DNA of 64,000 nt, from assembly GCA_964576435.1 (NCBI GenBank), contig CAZNUP010000001.1, forward strand, positions 226,345 to 290,344. The letters run 5' to 3'. The translations under genes and the position numbers were made by a program. Of this stretch, positions 1-10,252 are shown piece by piece; the stretch's first letter is position 1; each line of letters begins with the position of its first letter. This DNA comes from an uncultured Gammaproteobacteria bacterium (lineage in GTDB: Bacteria > Patescibacteriota > Microgenomatia > JAMCZE01). Below the pieces are notes generated by a model, which was not told the DNA's origin, searched no databases, and was given only the letters and a program-made list of their open reading frames with translations.

Positions 1-2
1 CA

Positions 3-812
3 GCAACTGTTGAAAGGTTTACTCAACTAGTTGGCAACACAGGTACTTGTGGTTCAGCTCAAACTGACCTCTGCTTCTCGGAGAGTGGAGAAGGTCCAGC
101 TGAAACCTGTAGGGGTGCAACTGCCTATGCTGATAATGCTTGTGAAACCACCGAAACTGATTTCACTTGTCGATACATTGAATCTGTTCCAAAGGGGATT
201 ACAACAGTCACTCCCGGCCAAACAGTTGGTGTTAAGAATTCTACAGATGGTAGTACTGGAACTTGGGAATCCACTTGGACAGTAACGAGTAGCGGTTCAG
301 AAGTTGGCACTATAACTCCAGGTAACTACAACACAGCTAATTGGGTAGCGCCTTCCACTGCGGTTCCAGGTCAGACTTGGACCATCAAGACTACCGTTAA
401 AGATAAGCAGAAAGGTGATGGGAAAGCAGCTTGTGAGATGACTCTTACATATGGAACAGTCACAACTACACCAACCCCAACTGTAACGCCAACACCAACA
501 GTTACACCAACCCCATCCACACCGCCTTCATATAGGACATGTGAGAACGAAGCTTGTATCACAAAAGACGGCGTCGGACAAAGTTCGTGTGGTGTAAATG
601 CAGATTGTAAGAAAACCACTCATAAAGCTTGTGTTAATAACGCTTGTACCACTGTTAATGGTGGAGGTTCCGACTCTTGTACGTCAGATGCCTCCTGCCA
701 ACCAGCAGCAGTTCCACCTCCAATTCCCGAGTCTGGTAACACAGCTCTAACAATTGTCGGAGTGGTCTCAGGTATAGCAGCCTTAGGTGCCGCCCTCTTC
801 CTAGCCCTATAG
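3..812 (+). CDS. Cysteine-rich secreted/surface protein, 5'-partial (frame open from window edge); Thr-Pro linker, two ~28-aa 4-Cys repeats, C-terminal hydrophobic anchor
   Basis: Frame 3 is open from nt 3 to the TAG at 810-812. Translation is Cys/Thr/Gly rich, with a TPTPTVTPTPTVTPTP linker and tandem CxxxxAC...C...C repeats. It ends PIPESGNTALTIVGVVSGIAALGAALFLAL, a single TM with no basic tail. Confidence 0.55.
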   Translation, partial: ATVERFTQLVGNTGTCGSAQTDLCFSESGEGPAETCRGATAYADNACETTETDFTCRYIESVPKGITTVTPGQTVGVKNSTDGSTGTWESTWTVTSSGSEVGTITPGNYNTANWVAPSTAVPGQTWTIKTTVKDKQKGDGKAACEMTLTYGTVTTTPTPTVTPTPTVTPTPSTPPSYRTCENEACITKDGVGQSSCGVNADCKKTTHKACVNNACTTVNGGGSDSCTSDASCQPAAVPPPIPESGNTALTIVGVVSGIAALGAALFLAL

Positions 813-834
813 AGATAGTCGCAACTCAAAGTTT

Positions 835-858
835 CACACACACACACACATATATATA
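835..858. repeat. Dinucleotide microsatellite (CA)8(TA)4 between convergent 3' ends
   Basis: cacacacacacacacatatatata read directly from the sequence. Confidence 0.9.
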
Positions 859-992
859 AGTCCGTCCCTTATTGGTTTACTAGTTAGTCCTCACAGTTCT
901 TCGATTGGTATTAATGAAGTAGTAGTGTAGATATTGTTTTGAGTTCCAGCGTGCTTGTAACTATTCTGGAGGAGTGAAAGCTTTAAATCTTG

Positions 993-2081
993 TTAGTTCT
1001 TAGCGTTAATTTGTTTCTTGATGTAGCTTTGAATTTGCTTGAAATTTCCATCTTTTGGAAGAAGAATCCATCCTCTTTCATCAATTGGTTGGGGGTTAAC
1101 AAGCATCTTGTCATCTATGACAGCCGTTTTAAACTTGCCTGCTCTGTACTTTAAAGCTAGCCTTAAGAAAAGATTTATTTGTTTTGGGTCAGCATCTGTG
1201 TAGACATGTGCCTTCAAAAGATTGTAGAGCTGTTCAATCTTGGTTGGATTCAAGAAAGTTTGAGTCGAAAAGAACTTGTCCTTCACAGCACTAATTACTT
1301 GCTGTTGTCTAGCTGACCTAGCAAAGTCTGATCCCTCATTCCCGAGTGCATGTCTACTTCTGACAAACTTCAAAGCTGTTTCTCCATTCATATGAGTCAT
1401 TCCGGCATCGAAATGCAAATGTTCATACCAACACGGATCCTCTTCATCTTTTCCGTCGCAGTCTTTAACTTGGTCAAGCGGTAATGGGTATTTGTAATCA
1501 TCTAGTTGTCTTTTAACATCAATGTCCACTCCGCCAACAAGGTCAATAATTTGTTGGAATGCAGAAAAATCAACCACTACTCCGTAGTGAATTGGAAGTC
1601 CTGTAACTTGAGAAACAGTAGCTTTAGATAAAGCTAGTCCCGCATCCCTACTTTTTCCAGCGCCCTTAGCATAAGCATAGTTTATCTTATCTCCCAAAGA
1701 CTCCAGATATAAATCTCTTGGAAGAGAAATTAGAACTACTGGAGGGATTTTTGTATTATCGTCATCAAATTTTGTTTTAACCGACGCAATTAGGATGGTG
1801 TCAGATAGATTGGGGCCATCGTGGTTAGGTCCTCCAATTCCAAGAAGTAAAACATTGGTTCGTCCATTTGTATTTTTAATTTCACTTGTAGTTGGAATTA
1901 AAACTTGTGCAATGCTAATAGGCCCAAAAATAATGTCTTTTGCAACTCTAAGTAGCGGAAGAACTAAAACTGCAATTAAAATGAGTCCCGCCAAGCCAAG
2001 TCCAACAAACACCAATATTCTGGTGGCACGGTAGTTTGATAAAATTCGTCTTTTAATTCGACTGAAGGCTAGCATGGTCAA
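993..2081 (-). CDS. LytR-CpsA-Psr (LCP) family cell-envelope glycopolymer transferase
   Basis: N-terminal TM, then the LCP core (NVLLLGIGGPNHDGPNLSDTILIASV, DFSAFQQIIDLVGGVDIDV). Confidence 0.7.
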   Translation of the reverse strand: MTMLAFSRIKRRILSNYRATRILVFVGLGLAGLILIAVLVLPLLRVAKDIIFGPISIAQVLIPTTSEIKNTNGRTNVLLLGIGGPNHDGPNLSDTILIASVKTKFDDDNTKIPPVVLISLPRDLYLESLGDKINYAYAKGAGKSRDAGLALSKATVSQVTGLPIHYGVVVDFSAFQQIIDLVGGVDIDVKRQLDDYKYPLPLDQVKDCDGKDEEDPCWYEHLHFDAGMTHMNGETALKFVRSRHALGNEGSDFARSARQQQVISAVKDKFFSTQTFLNPTKIEQLYNLLKAHVYTDADPKQINLFLRLALKYRAGKFKTAVIDDKMLVNPQPIDERGWILLPKDGNFKQIQSYIKKQINAKN

Positions 2082-2709
2082 CTAATTTAAAAAATTCCTC
2101 TATATCAAGTGAAGCATGTCCAACAACGAACCCGGAAACAATATCTGCATACGAGCTAACATTTTCTGAATTAACACTGCCTCCATATAATATCTTGACC
2201 CCAACCGGCAATTTTTCTTTCCATTCGGAGACTGTTTTACTAACTAGTTCTGGGTCTACCGCATTTGATTTACCCTCCTTAGATATTGCTTCAAATGGTT
2301 CAAACATTACAAGGTATTTTTCGCCCGGTGTGTTTTTGGCAAGTTCGGGAATTTCGTCAAAATTTTGTGCACAGATAATTGGGGTAATATTATTGGCAAG
2401 TAATTTATCCATCTTCTTACCTACAATTTCTGTAGTTTCTCCAAAATACTTTCGTCTTTCGGAATGACCTATTAGAGTGTATTTGACATCAAGTTCTTTA
2501 AGAAGCCCCGCAGGAATTTCTCCCGTGTAAGCGCCCTCTGGAAAACTAGAGACATCCTGACTAGCTAGTGTAAGTGAACTTGAAGCCAGCAAAAATAACG
2601 CTGTATAAGGAGCCGCAACCACAATTTCAATATTTGGACCCACATCCGGGGTGGTTAGCCACGGAGTCACAGAAACATTATTTGCTTTCCAGTTGGCAAC
2701 AATAATCAT
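2053..2709 (-). CDS. tpiA: Triosephosphate isomerase
   Basis: ANWKAN, IGHSERR, AQNFDE and YGGSVNSEN motifs; 218 aa. Confidence 0.85.
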   Translation of the reverse strand: MIIVANWKANNVSVTPWLTTPDVGPNIEIVVAAPYTALFLLASSSLTLASQDVSSFPEGAYTGEIPAGLLKELDVKYTLIGHSERRKYFGETTEIVGKKMDKLLANNITPIICAQNFDEIPELAKNTPGEKYLVMFEPFEAISKEGKSNAVDPELVSKTVSEWKEKLPVGVKILYGGSVNSENVSSYADIVSGFVVGHASLDIEEFFKLVDHASLQSN

Positions 2710-3377
2710 TTTTGAGCTAAAACAAATAAACTATCCCTTAACTCTGGGACAAGTTGACTAGGGTAAAAAACCAAGGCCTTACCAATCTTAACTCCAAAGC
2801 CCTCCTGATGCAATTTTTGTCGCATTGGGTTGTAAGCTCCAAAATGTTCAGCCTTTTTAACCTCAAATGAAGCCTTTTTAACCTCAGTTTTAACTTCAGA
2901 TAAAGTAAATTCTCTGTTGTGTCTGTGATAAGGTGATCCTTCAAATTGAAATATTGGAAAGTTCTGATTTTTTCCTGCCATAAGTTCCAATCGATGCTTT
3001 ATGTGGACTGCATTTGGTGTGGTAATCAAAAGAAAACCTCCAGGTTTTAAGACTTGGTGAAACTTCTTAAGATAAACTTGTGGATCGTATAGCATGTGTT
3101 CCATAACCTCTGAAAAAAGTATTAGGTCAAAGGTGTCTGCTTTGAATGGCATTTTGTCCGATTCAATATTCAGAGGAATAATATTTTTTTGATTTACCTT
3201 CTCGTGTTCCGAACTAATTCCGTACATGTCAAACCCCATGTCTTTTAGGCTCTTGAATAAATCCAGAGGAAAGCAACCAACGTCCAAAATTTTAGCCCCA
3301 TGAGGAAGATTTAATTCTTTGACTCTCTTTAATATATATTTATATCGATCTTGGTGTATTAAATAGTATTCGCTCAT
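2706..3377 (-). CDS. Class I SAM-dependent methyltransferase (type 11-like)
   Basis: ILDVGCFPLD glycine-rich SAM motif I; LKPGGFLLITTPN motif. Confidence 0.7.
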   Translation of the reverse strand: MSEYYLIHQDRYKYILKRVKELNLPHGAKILDVGCFPLDLFKSLKDMGFDMYGISSEHEKVNQKNIIPLNIESDKMPFKADTFDLILFSEVMEHMLYDPQVYLKKFHQVLKPGGFLLITTPNAVHIKHRLELMAGKNQNFPIFQFEGSPYHRHNREFTLSEVKTEVKKASFEVKKAEHFGAYNPMRQKLHQEGFGVKIGKALVFYPSQLVPELRDSLFVLAQK

Positions 3378-3395
3378 GAGAAAATTGTACTCGAA

Positions 3396-5156
3396 ATGGA
3401 TGATATCTTAAAAGGACTAAACGATCGCCAACAGGCTGCAGTTACTTCAACAGCTGGTCCGGTTTTGATTTTAGCTGGAGCGGGAAGTGGAAAAACTCGT
3501 GTTTTAACTCATAGGGTAGCCTATTTAGCTTCAAAAGGAGTTTCTCCTGAAACTATACTGCTTGTGACTTTCACAAATAAAGCGGCAGTCGAGATGAAAG
3601 ACCGGGTGCAAAAACTATTAGGTTCAACCTCCCAGCCAGTTTCTGGAACCTTCCACAGCCTTTGCGCCCGAATCCTGAGGAAAAGTGGTAAGGAACTTAA
3701 GATTTCTCCAAATTTTGTGATCTATGACGATTCAGACTCTTTAGATCTAATTAAGGATGTTATGACTAGAATGAATCTTTCTCAAAAAGATTTCAACCCA
3801 AGAGCCGTTCTTGGAACAATTAGTCAAGCAAAAAACCAATTAATTTCCTCTTTAGAGTATCCACAATACGCTAGGGGTTTATTCCAAAAGACAGTATCAG
3901 ACATTTATATCTCCTACCAAAAACAACTAAGAGAGAACGAAGCACTAGATTTTGATGATCTTATTATGGACACGGTTCGCCTTTTTAGAACACCGGTTGT
4001 AGAGGAGTATCAAGATCGTTGGAAATATATTTTAGTCGACGAATACCAAGATACTAATTTTGCACAGTTTGAACTGACAAAATTGCTTGCCAAAAAATAT
4101 AAAAATATTTGTGTAGTTGGTGATTTTTCTCAATCAATCTATTCTTGGAGAGGTGCGGATTTTAGAAACCTTCTTAATTTCAAAATTGAGTTTCCTCAAG
4201 TTAAAACATTCAACCTTGAACAAAACTATAGATCAAGTCAAAAAATACTCGATGCTGCTTTCAATGTAATTTCCAAAAACAAGTCGCACCCAATCTTAAA
4301 ATTGTGGACAGAAAACAATGCCGGCGAGAGTTTGGTTCTATTTGAAGCAAGGAATGAACAAGATGAAGCAAAATATATAATTTCAGAATTATCAGATGAT
4401 TACTCAAGGTTTGCAGTTCTTTATAGAACCAATGCCCAATCCCGTGCCATTGAAGAAGCCTTTCTCCACGCTGGTATCCCTTACACACTTGTTGGTGGTA
4501 CCAGATTCTATGACCGAAAAGAAATTAAGGACGTTTTGTCGTATCTAAGATTAATTCACAATCCCAAAGATACCGTTTCCTATAAAAGATTAGAAAAACT
4601 AGGGAAAGGCAGACTTCAGAAGTTTAACGATCATACTTTTTCAGAAGCTCCAACTCTTGAGTTACTAGACAAAGTTCTAGAAATAACTAACTATTTAGAT
4701 CTCTTTGATTTAGAGAACGAAGAAGACTTGGGTCGTCTAGAAAATATTAAAGAATTGAGATCAGTTGCTCAAGAATTTCCAGTTCTTGGGGAGTTTTTAG
4801 AAAATGTCTCCCTTGTTGAAAAAGAAAGCAATAAGAATAAAAGTTCAGGTGGAGCAGTGACTTTAATGACTTTGCATGCTGCTAAAGGTTTAGAATTCCC
4901 AGTTGTGTTCATTGTTGGAATGGAAGAGGGAATCTTTCCTCATTCAAGAAGTCTGATGGATTCGTCTGAGATGGAAGAGGAACGCCGTCTTTGTTATGTA
5001 GGAATAACAAGGGCCCGGGAAAAGCTATATTTAACGTATGCTAGAAAGCGTCTCTTCTTTGGAACTAGAAGTTCAAACCTTCAAAGTAGATTTTTAGCAG
5101 ATATTCCAGAAGAATTATTAGAGACTAAATTTAGCTCCAGTTTAAGTGACTTTTAG
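3396..5156 (+). CDS. pcrA: UvrD/PcrA-family ATP-dependent DNA helicase (compact, 586 aa)
   Basis: Walker A AGAGSGKTRVLTHRVAYL, the DEYQDTN motif, and the C-terminal motif VI region LHAAKGLEFPVVFIVG ... YVGITRAREKLYLTY. Confidence 0.85.
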   Translation: MDDILKGLNDRQQAAVTSTAGPVLILAGAGSGKTRVLTHRVAYLASKGVSPETILLVTFTNKAAVEMKDRVQKLLGSTSQPVSGTFHSLCARILRKSGKELKISPNFVIYDDSDSLDLIKDVMTRMNLSQKDFNPRAVLGTISQAKNQLISSLEYPQYARGLFQKTVSDIYISYQKQLRENEALDFDDLIMDTVRLFRTPVVEEYQDRWKYILVDEYQDTNFAQFELTKLLAKKYKNICVVGDFSQSIYSWRGADFRNLLNFKIEFPQVKTFNLEQNYRSSQKILDAAFNVISKNKSHPILKLWTENNAGESLVLFEARNEQDEAKYIISELSDDYSRFAVLYRTNAQSRAIEEAFLHAGIPYTLVGGTRFYDRKEIKDVLSYLRLIHNPKDTVSYKRLEKLGKGRLQKFNDHTFSEAPTLELLDKVLEITNYLDLFDLENEEDLGRLENIKELRSVAQEFPVLGEFLENVSLVEKESNKNKSSGGAVTLMTLHAAKGLEFPVVFIVGMEEGIFPHSRSLMDSSEMEEERRLCYVGITRAREKLYLTYARKRLFFGTRSSNLQSRFLADIPEELLETKFSSSLSDF

Positions 5157-6584
5157 AATAACCACTCCATCAACGGTTCCAATAATCTCATAAAACTTTG
5201 AAGCAAAATTTTCTAGCTCGGGAAATTTAAAGTGACTCTTTTGGGAAATAAGAATCAATTTAGGTGGATTTTCTTTTAAACTGTCAATTATTAATTGATA
5301 GTTGGTTGGAGATACAGTTGTTAAGTGATGTGCCTGTATGAACTTTGTTGCTGGAGTTCTTTCAGATAGTACATAGACATTTGCTCGATCATCCCAAACA
5401 AAAATTTTATCATCTCGACTAGCGTTGTCCCGAACAATCTCCGCTAGTTTATAAGTTTGTATGGTGTTTGGATCAAAAAAGTTTGTATATTCAGTCCACG
5501 TCTTTCTTTCTGAAATAAAATTGTAGAAATTTTTATAGTAAGGAATGCCATGTAGATGAAATGCCGTATTAAAATTCCAAACCACATAACCAATAAATAT
5601 AAGTGTAATTGCTAAGTACCAAAAATAACTTTTTCTATTCTTAATTAAGTATGTTACAAGAATTACTGCTGCTGGTATAACTTGAATTAGGTAGTGCATG
5701 TAATGTCTGTTCGACAAAAGAGATCCGTACAAAGAAAAGATAAACCATAGTGCAAAAAGAAGTAGTTCCTTAGAAATTTTCTTCTTGAGGAACAATAGAA
5801 TCATTCCAGCTGATGTTAAAACTAAAGCAAGTCCTTTTGTAAAGAGGGGGTTGGATAGATTTGAAAATGGACCAGAGTCAGTTGCCACATAAGATGCATT
5901 TTGAGAAAATGCCGCAGTGACAAAATCGCCAAACGTCTGATTTATTAAAAAATAGAACCCTATAAGTGCTACAGGAATTAAAAATCCAATTCCAATTGGA
6001 AAAAATGTTTCCCAAAGAGCTTTAATAAAGACTTTAGGCTTGTTTTTATTCCAAAGCATTTCAAAAAGAAACACTCCCAGGAAAACAAACATCCCAAGGA
6101 AATCAAAAATCGCTGGGACTTTAATTAGAAATGCAATTCCAGCTAAAGTACCAATGCCAAGAAGTATATTTCTATCTTTCCCAATACCCTTAACTTTCGT
6201 AACTAAGTAAGCTCCCCAGACAATTGGAAGGACAATAAATAGTTCTGCATTAGCAATTGTTCCTTCAAAATAGGGTAGTGAAAGTAAAATCCCTGCAACG
6301 AGTGTTGCTAGCCAAGATTTAGTTATCTTATAAATCCCAACACATGTTATAAGCACAAAAACTGTAGCCATGATTTTTGCAAACCACAAAACTGGAAGAA
6401 TTGCATATATGAAGTAAAGAAGTGGAGTCTTGTTGTCCCAAATGTCCCTATATAGTATTCCTCCCTTGTGAATAACCTGTCCAAGCACTAAATAGATTCC
6501 CTCGTCACCATACCAGTTCGGTTCAAAAAGTGAGGGCAGCCGTAAAATAAAAATGGCCAGTAAAACCAAAAAAAGCTTTTTCAC
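5142..6584 (-). CDS. GT-C fold membrane glycosyltransferase (ArnT/PMT, GT39/83-like) with C-terminal soluble domain
   Basis: About 11 TM segments. YGDEGIY matches the DE motif in the first periplasmic loop typical of polyprenyl-phosphate-sugar-dependent GT-C enzymes. Confidence 0.55.
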   Translation of the reverse strand: MKKLFLVLLAIFILRLPSLFEPNWYGDEGIYLVLGQVIHKGGILYRDIWDNKTPLLYFIYAILPVLWFAKIMATVFVLITCVGIYKITKSWLATLVAGILLSLPYFEGTIANAELFIVLPIVWGAYLVTKVKGIGKDRNILLGIGTLAGIAFLIKVPAIFDFLGMFVFLGVFLFEMLWNKNKPKVFIKALWETFFPIGIGFLIPVALIGFYFLINQTFGDFVTAAFSQNASYVATDSGPFSNLSNPLFTKGLALVLTSAGMILLFLKKKISKELLLFALWFIFSLYGSLLSNRHYMHYLIQVIPAAVILVTYLIKNRKSYFWYLAITLIFIGYVVWNFNTAFHLHGIPYYKNFYNFISERKTWTEYTNFFDPNTIQTYKLAEIVRDNASRDDKIFVWDDRANVYVLSERTPATKFIQAHHLTTVSPTNYQLIIDSLKENPPKLILISQKSHFKFPELENFASKFYEIIGTVDGVVILKVT

Positions 6585-8083
6585 TTATCGGCAATTTTTT
6601 CAGTAACTCTATATCCCATATATTTCCCGAGCATCAGTCTTGTTTGTGATTCCAGTCCAGGTAGAGAACCAAACACAAGTCCCACAAATGGAAGAACCAG
6701 CCACTGAAGGTATGTAAATGGGTGTAGGAAGGTTACGAACTTTCTTTTTTTCCCCGGATCAAGAAGTACATCAACAATAGCAATAGCAATAATTCCAAGA
6801 AGACAAAGTGTCAAAATAAATCCACTAACTCTAGATAAATTAAATCCAAGTGTAGTTCTGGCAAATGTTGGGTTTAAGATAGTTGGAATAAGTGCACCAA
6901 GTGTAATTAAGTACCACGAAGTTCCCCATAAAAAGTGTTGTTCCAAAGCAACTGTAATTTTCAAAAACTTTTGTACAAACGGAATCTTCGTGTCGGAGAA
7001 AAACATCTTTATAGTGTATGGAATATCAACTGCTCCCCATGCCCATCTTTTAACTTGCTCATAGTAGTTTTTGTATGATTTCCACCTACTTGTTGACTCA
7101 GCAGCGTCTAAATAAGTAGGTAAGAATAGTGGTACAACTTCAAGTTGTCCTTCGGTTGCAAAATAAGCCTTAAGATTTATATGCCAGTCTTCTGGAATAA
7201 CATCCAAATCCCAATAACCAACAAAGTCTAGAAGCTTCAATGAAAGAGAATATGTCGAATAGTTCATTATTCTTGACCGAGGTTTAGCAAGAACCGCCAA
7301 ATTATTTATGCTTCCAACAATGTTGGGGACACGAGTTAGGAATGGTAGTCTGTTTATGTTGTTGTAAGCAAGTAAAGCGCTTTGGAAAAACTGGGTAAAT
7401 GGTTTTTTAGAAGCTAAAAATTTAACTGTGAGAAGCGGTAAAAATTGTCTATGGAATACTACGTCAACATCGCAAGTTGTAACAATGATATTTTCAATAG
7501 GTATATGTTTTTTGTTGACTAATAAGTCTTTTGTATATTTTGCTGCAAACGTATTATTGCTGTGTTTTCCAATAGTTTCTCCAACTTTCATAATGTGATA
7601 AGTATCAATAATTCCAGCAAACACATTCTTGTAAGTTTTCTTAACCATTTCAGCCCGTTTCTTAGCAGGTTCTCCTTCGCGTTCCTCCATAGCAAGAACA
7701 ATATAAACTTGCTTCAAGGGAAAGTTTTGATTAGCTAAAGAGGCGACATTTCGCATCAAGATCTCATCTGGTTCAGCTACATTTGGGATTACAATCGCAT
7801 GGACTATCTTTGTGGGATCTTCAATCTTTGAAAGCCAATCTATTTTTACTGTAGCTCTCAAGTTGAGATATCCAACAATAATCCCGATAGTCATCTGCCC
7901 AGATTTATAAAGCCAAAAGACGTTGAAAGCTATAACAAAATAGGCAACAAGCTCTGGGACTACAAAACTCCCAACAATTAAGAATGCTATAAGTAGCCAT
8001 GGAATAAGACCAGTAAGGATCTCCAACCCCCTTTGGGTTTTAACTGGGTGATATGCCATGTAGTCGCGAATGAATTCGCTCAT
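6581..8083 (-). CDS. Processive family-2 glycosyltransferase (cellulose/chitin/PNAG-synthase-like) with N- and C-terminal TM bundles
   Basis: GT2 core with DxD (TTCDVDVVF) and the processive-synthase QxxRW motif (YEQVKRWAWG). TM helices flank the catalytic domain. Confidence 0.7.
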   Translation of the reverse strand: MSEFIRDYMAYHPVKTQRGLEILTGLIPWLLIAFLIVGSFVVPELVAYFVIAFNVFWLYKSGQMTIGIIVGYLNLRATVKIDWLSKIEDPTKIVHAIVIPNVAEPDEILMRNVASLANQNFPLKQVYIVLAMEEREGEPAKKRAEMVKKTYKNVFAGIIDTYHIMKVGETIGKHSNNTFAAKYTKDLLVNKKHIPIENIIVTTCDVDVVFHRQFLPLLTVKFLASKKPFTQFFQSALLAYNNINRLPFLTRVPNIVGSINNLAVLAKPRSRIMNYSTYSLSLKLLDFVGYWDLDVIPEDWHINLKAYFATEGQLEVVPLFLPTYLDAAESTSRWKSYKNYYEQVKRWAWGAVDIPYTIKMFFSDTKIPFVQKFLKITVALEQHFLWGTSWYLITLGALIPTILNPTFARTTLGFNLSRVSGFILTLCLLGIIAIAIVDVLLDPGKKRKFVTFLHPFTYLQWLVLPFVGLVFGSLPGLESQTRLMLGKYMGYRVTEKIADK

Positions 8084-8820
8084 ATCTTAAAAAGTGTTTC
8101 TGTATTTATGGTGGTTTGCTTGCAAATTTCCTCAAAACTCATACCCTTGACCTCTGCCAGTTTCTCTGCCACAATTTTAACATTTTCAGGTGAATTTGGT
8201 TTCCCACGGTGTGGTTCTGGAGTTAAAAATGGACTATCAGTTTCAACTAGGATTCGCTCAATTGGAGCGGCTTTTGCCAAGTCTCTAAGCCCTTGAGCAT
8301 TTTTAAATGTAACATTTCCTGCAAAAGAAATATAAAACCCAGGCATAAGCTTAATAATAGTGTTTAGATAATTTACATCTCCTGAGAAGCAATGAAACAC
8401 TCCCTTGAGTTTGGCTAGTTTGTGTCCAAATATGCTAATTAACTCTTCCTGAGCGTCTCTTATGTGAAGTATTAGAGGTAAATTGTATTTTTCAGCAATT
8501 TCTATTTGCCTTTCAAAAAGTTTTATCTGCCTTTCACTATCTTTTGATCTAGAATAGTCGAGCCCGCACTCACCAATTGCAACAGATTTTTTAGCCAAAA
8601 ATTCGAATTTTTCCCAATCAATTGTTTCGACTTTGGATTTGGGGTCATCATTAGGGTGAATTCCAACTGTAGGGAATAAACCGCCGTGTCTGCCGGCCAT
8701 TTCGATTGCCTTTTCCGAATCTTCAATTGATGTTCCCACAACTACAATCTTGGATACGCCCGCAAAATCAAATTCATTAAAACCAGGGAAGTTTATATGG
8801 GCATGTGAATCAATAAGCAT
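8080..8820 (-). CDS. tatD: TatD-family metal-dependent hydrolase/DNase
   Basis: MLIDSHAHINF N-terminus; ILVETDSPFL motif. Confidence 0.8.
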   Translation of the reverse strand: MLIDSHAHINFPGFNEFDFAGVSKIVVVGTSIEDSEKAIEMAGRHGGLFPTVGIHPNDDPKSKVETIDWEKFEFLAKKSVAIGECGLDYSRSKDSERQIKLFERQIEIAEKYNLPLILHIRDAQEELISIFGHKLAKLKGVFHCFSGDVNYLNTIIKLMPGFYISFAGNVTFKNAQGLRDLAKAAPIERILVETDSPFLTPEPHRGKPNSPENVKIVAEKLAEVKGMSFEEICKQTTINTETLFKI

Positions 8821-8830
8821 TCTACTAATT

Positions 8831-10252
8831 TTAGCTTATTCGTGGGAAAAGGGGAGTTGAAGCTTTAACCTTTCCACTAAATTGTCTTAAAATCTTTTCT
8901 GACGTTTCGGGCAAAAACGGTTGCAAATTATAAGCAATCAAATTTATCTCCCGAACAGCCCCTTTGAGAAAATTACTTAGATCCCTTTCCTCTAATTTCC
9001 AAGGTTCCTTTTCGCTTATAAGTAAGTCCAGTTGCTTGATTCTTTTCCATATATTTTGGATTGCGAAATCAATCCGGTATGTTTTTAGGTTTTCCTCTAT
9101 ATCCTCAAACACATCCACATTTGGACTGCTTTCAAAGCTGGATTTCTCTGCTAGTTTTGCCACTCTCGCAACAAGGTTTCCAAGCCCATTAGCAAGGTCA
9201 GCATTATATGCTTCCTTGAACTTTTCATCAGAGTAATCGCCATCATCAAAAAGTGGAGTTTTAGCAAGGAAATAATATCTAACCGGATCTGTTCCAAACT
9301 TTTCAATAAGTTCAAAAGGGTCTATGGTGTTACCAAGGGTCTTTGATATTTTTTGGCCATTAACTGTGTAGTATCCATGAATTAAGACGGCTTTAGGTAG
9401 TGACAATCCCGCAGATAATAAAAATGCTGGCCAATAAACTGCATGAAATCTGGTGATTCCTTTACCAATTACATGCACATCCGCTGGCCACCATTTTTTA
9501 TAGCTTTTCTCGTCCCATCCAAACCCTACCCCAGTTTGGTAAATATTAAGTGCGTCAAACCAAACATAAATTCTTTGAGAATCGTCTCCAGGAACTGGAA
9601 TGCCCCAATTTTTTGCTCGTTCGTTTGATCTGGAAATTGATAAATCAGGAACATCTCCAGAAAGCCACCCAAGTACTTCATTCTTTCTAAAGTCTGGATA
9701 GATTTTTAGCTCGTTGGAATTTATAATTTCCAAAAGCTTTTCTTTATATTTAGACAGTTTGAAAAAGTAGTTTTCCTCTTCAACTTCATCCAACTTTTTT
9801 CCCGGATGTTCAAAACACTCTCCTTTTTCGTTTAACTCTTCTGGCTCATAAAATTGTTCGCACCCAACACAATAAAGTCCCTTATATTTTTTCTTATAAA
9901 TATCTCCATTTTTGGCACAAAGTTCCCATAGCTTTTGGCTGGCAGCATAATGGTGCCTTTCATCACTACCTCTTTGCCAAATATCGATGGACACATTTAA
10001 TTTCTTAACAAGATCTTCAAACTCACCATTATGTAAATCAATAAACTCTCGAATTGGTTGTCTGGCTTTTTCAGCGGCCTGTACATTTTTGAGCGCATTT
10101 TCATCTGCGCCGGACAAATATCTAACTTCTTTTCCATTAAGTCTATTAAACCTTGCAATTGCATCTGCTTGCACAGACTCGAGTGCCCACCCAATGTGAG
10201 GTTTTGCATTTACATAAGGTATTGCAGCTGTGATATAAAATTTATTATTCAT
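8831..10252 (-). CDS. metG: Methionyl-tRNA synthetase (short form)
   Basis: AIPYVNAKPHIGWALE (HIGH region) and KISKTLGN (KMSKS). AGGAG SD 8 nt upstream. Confidence 0.9.
   Translation of the reverse strand: MNNKFYITAAIPYVNAKPHIGWALESVQADAIARFNRLNGKEVRYLSGADENALKNVQAAEKARQPIREFIDLHNGEFEDLVKKLNVSIDIWQRGSDERHHYAASQKLWELCAKNGDIYKKKYKGLYCVGCEQFYEPEELNEKGECFEHPGKKLDEVEEENYFFKLSKYKEKLLEIINSNELKIYPDFRKNEVLGWLSGDVPDLSISRSNERAKNWGIPVPGDDSQRIYVWFDALNIYQTGVGFGWDEKSYKKWWPADVHVIGKGITRFHAVYWPAFLLSAGLSLPKAVLIHGYYTVNGQKISKTLGNTIDPFELIEKFGTDPVRYYFLAKTPLFDDGDYSDEKFKEAYNADLANGLGNLVARVAKLAEKSSFESSPNVDVFEDIEENLKTYRIDFAIQNIWKRIKQLDLLISEKEPWKLEERDLSNFLKGAVREINLIAYNLQPFLPETSEKILRQFSGKVKASTPLFPRIS

Noticed and set aside
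31-310. ORF-track entries 31..285(+) and 125..310(-)
   Set aside because: Frame 3 is open from nt 3 to 812 and encodes a coherent Cys/Thr-rich surface protein. The listed ORFs are alternative-frame artefacts inside it.
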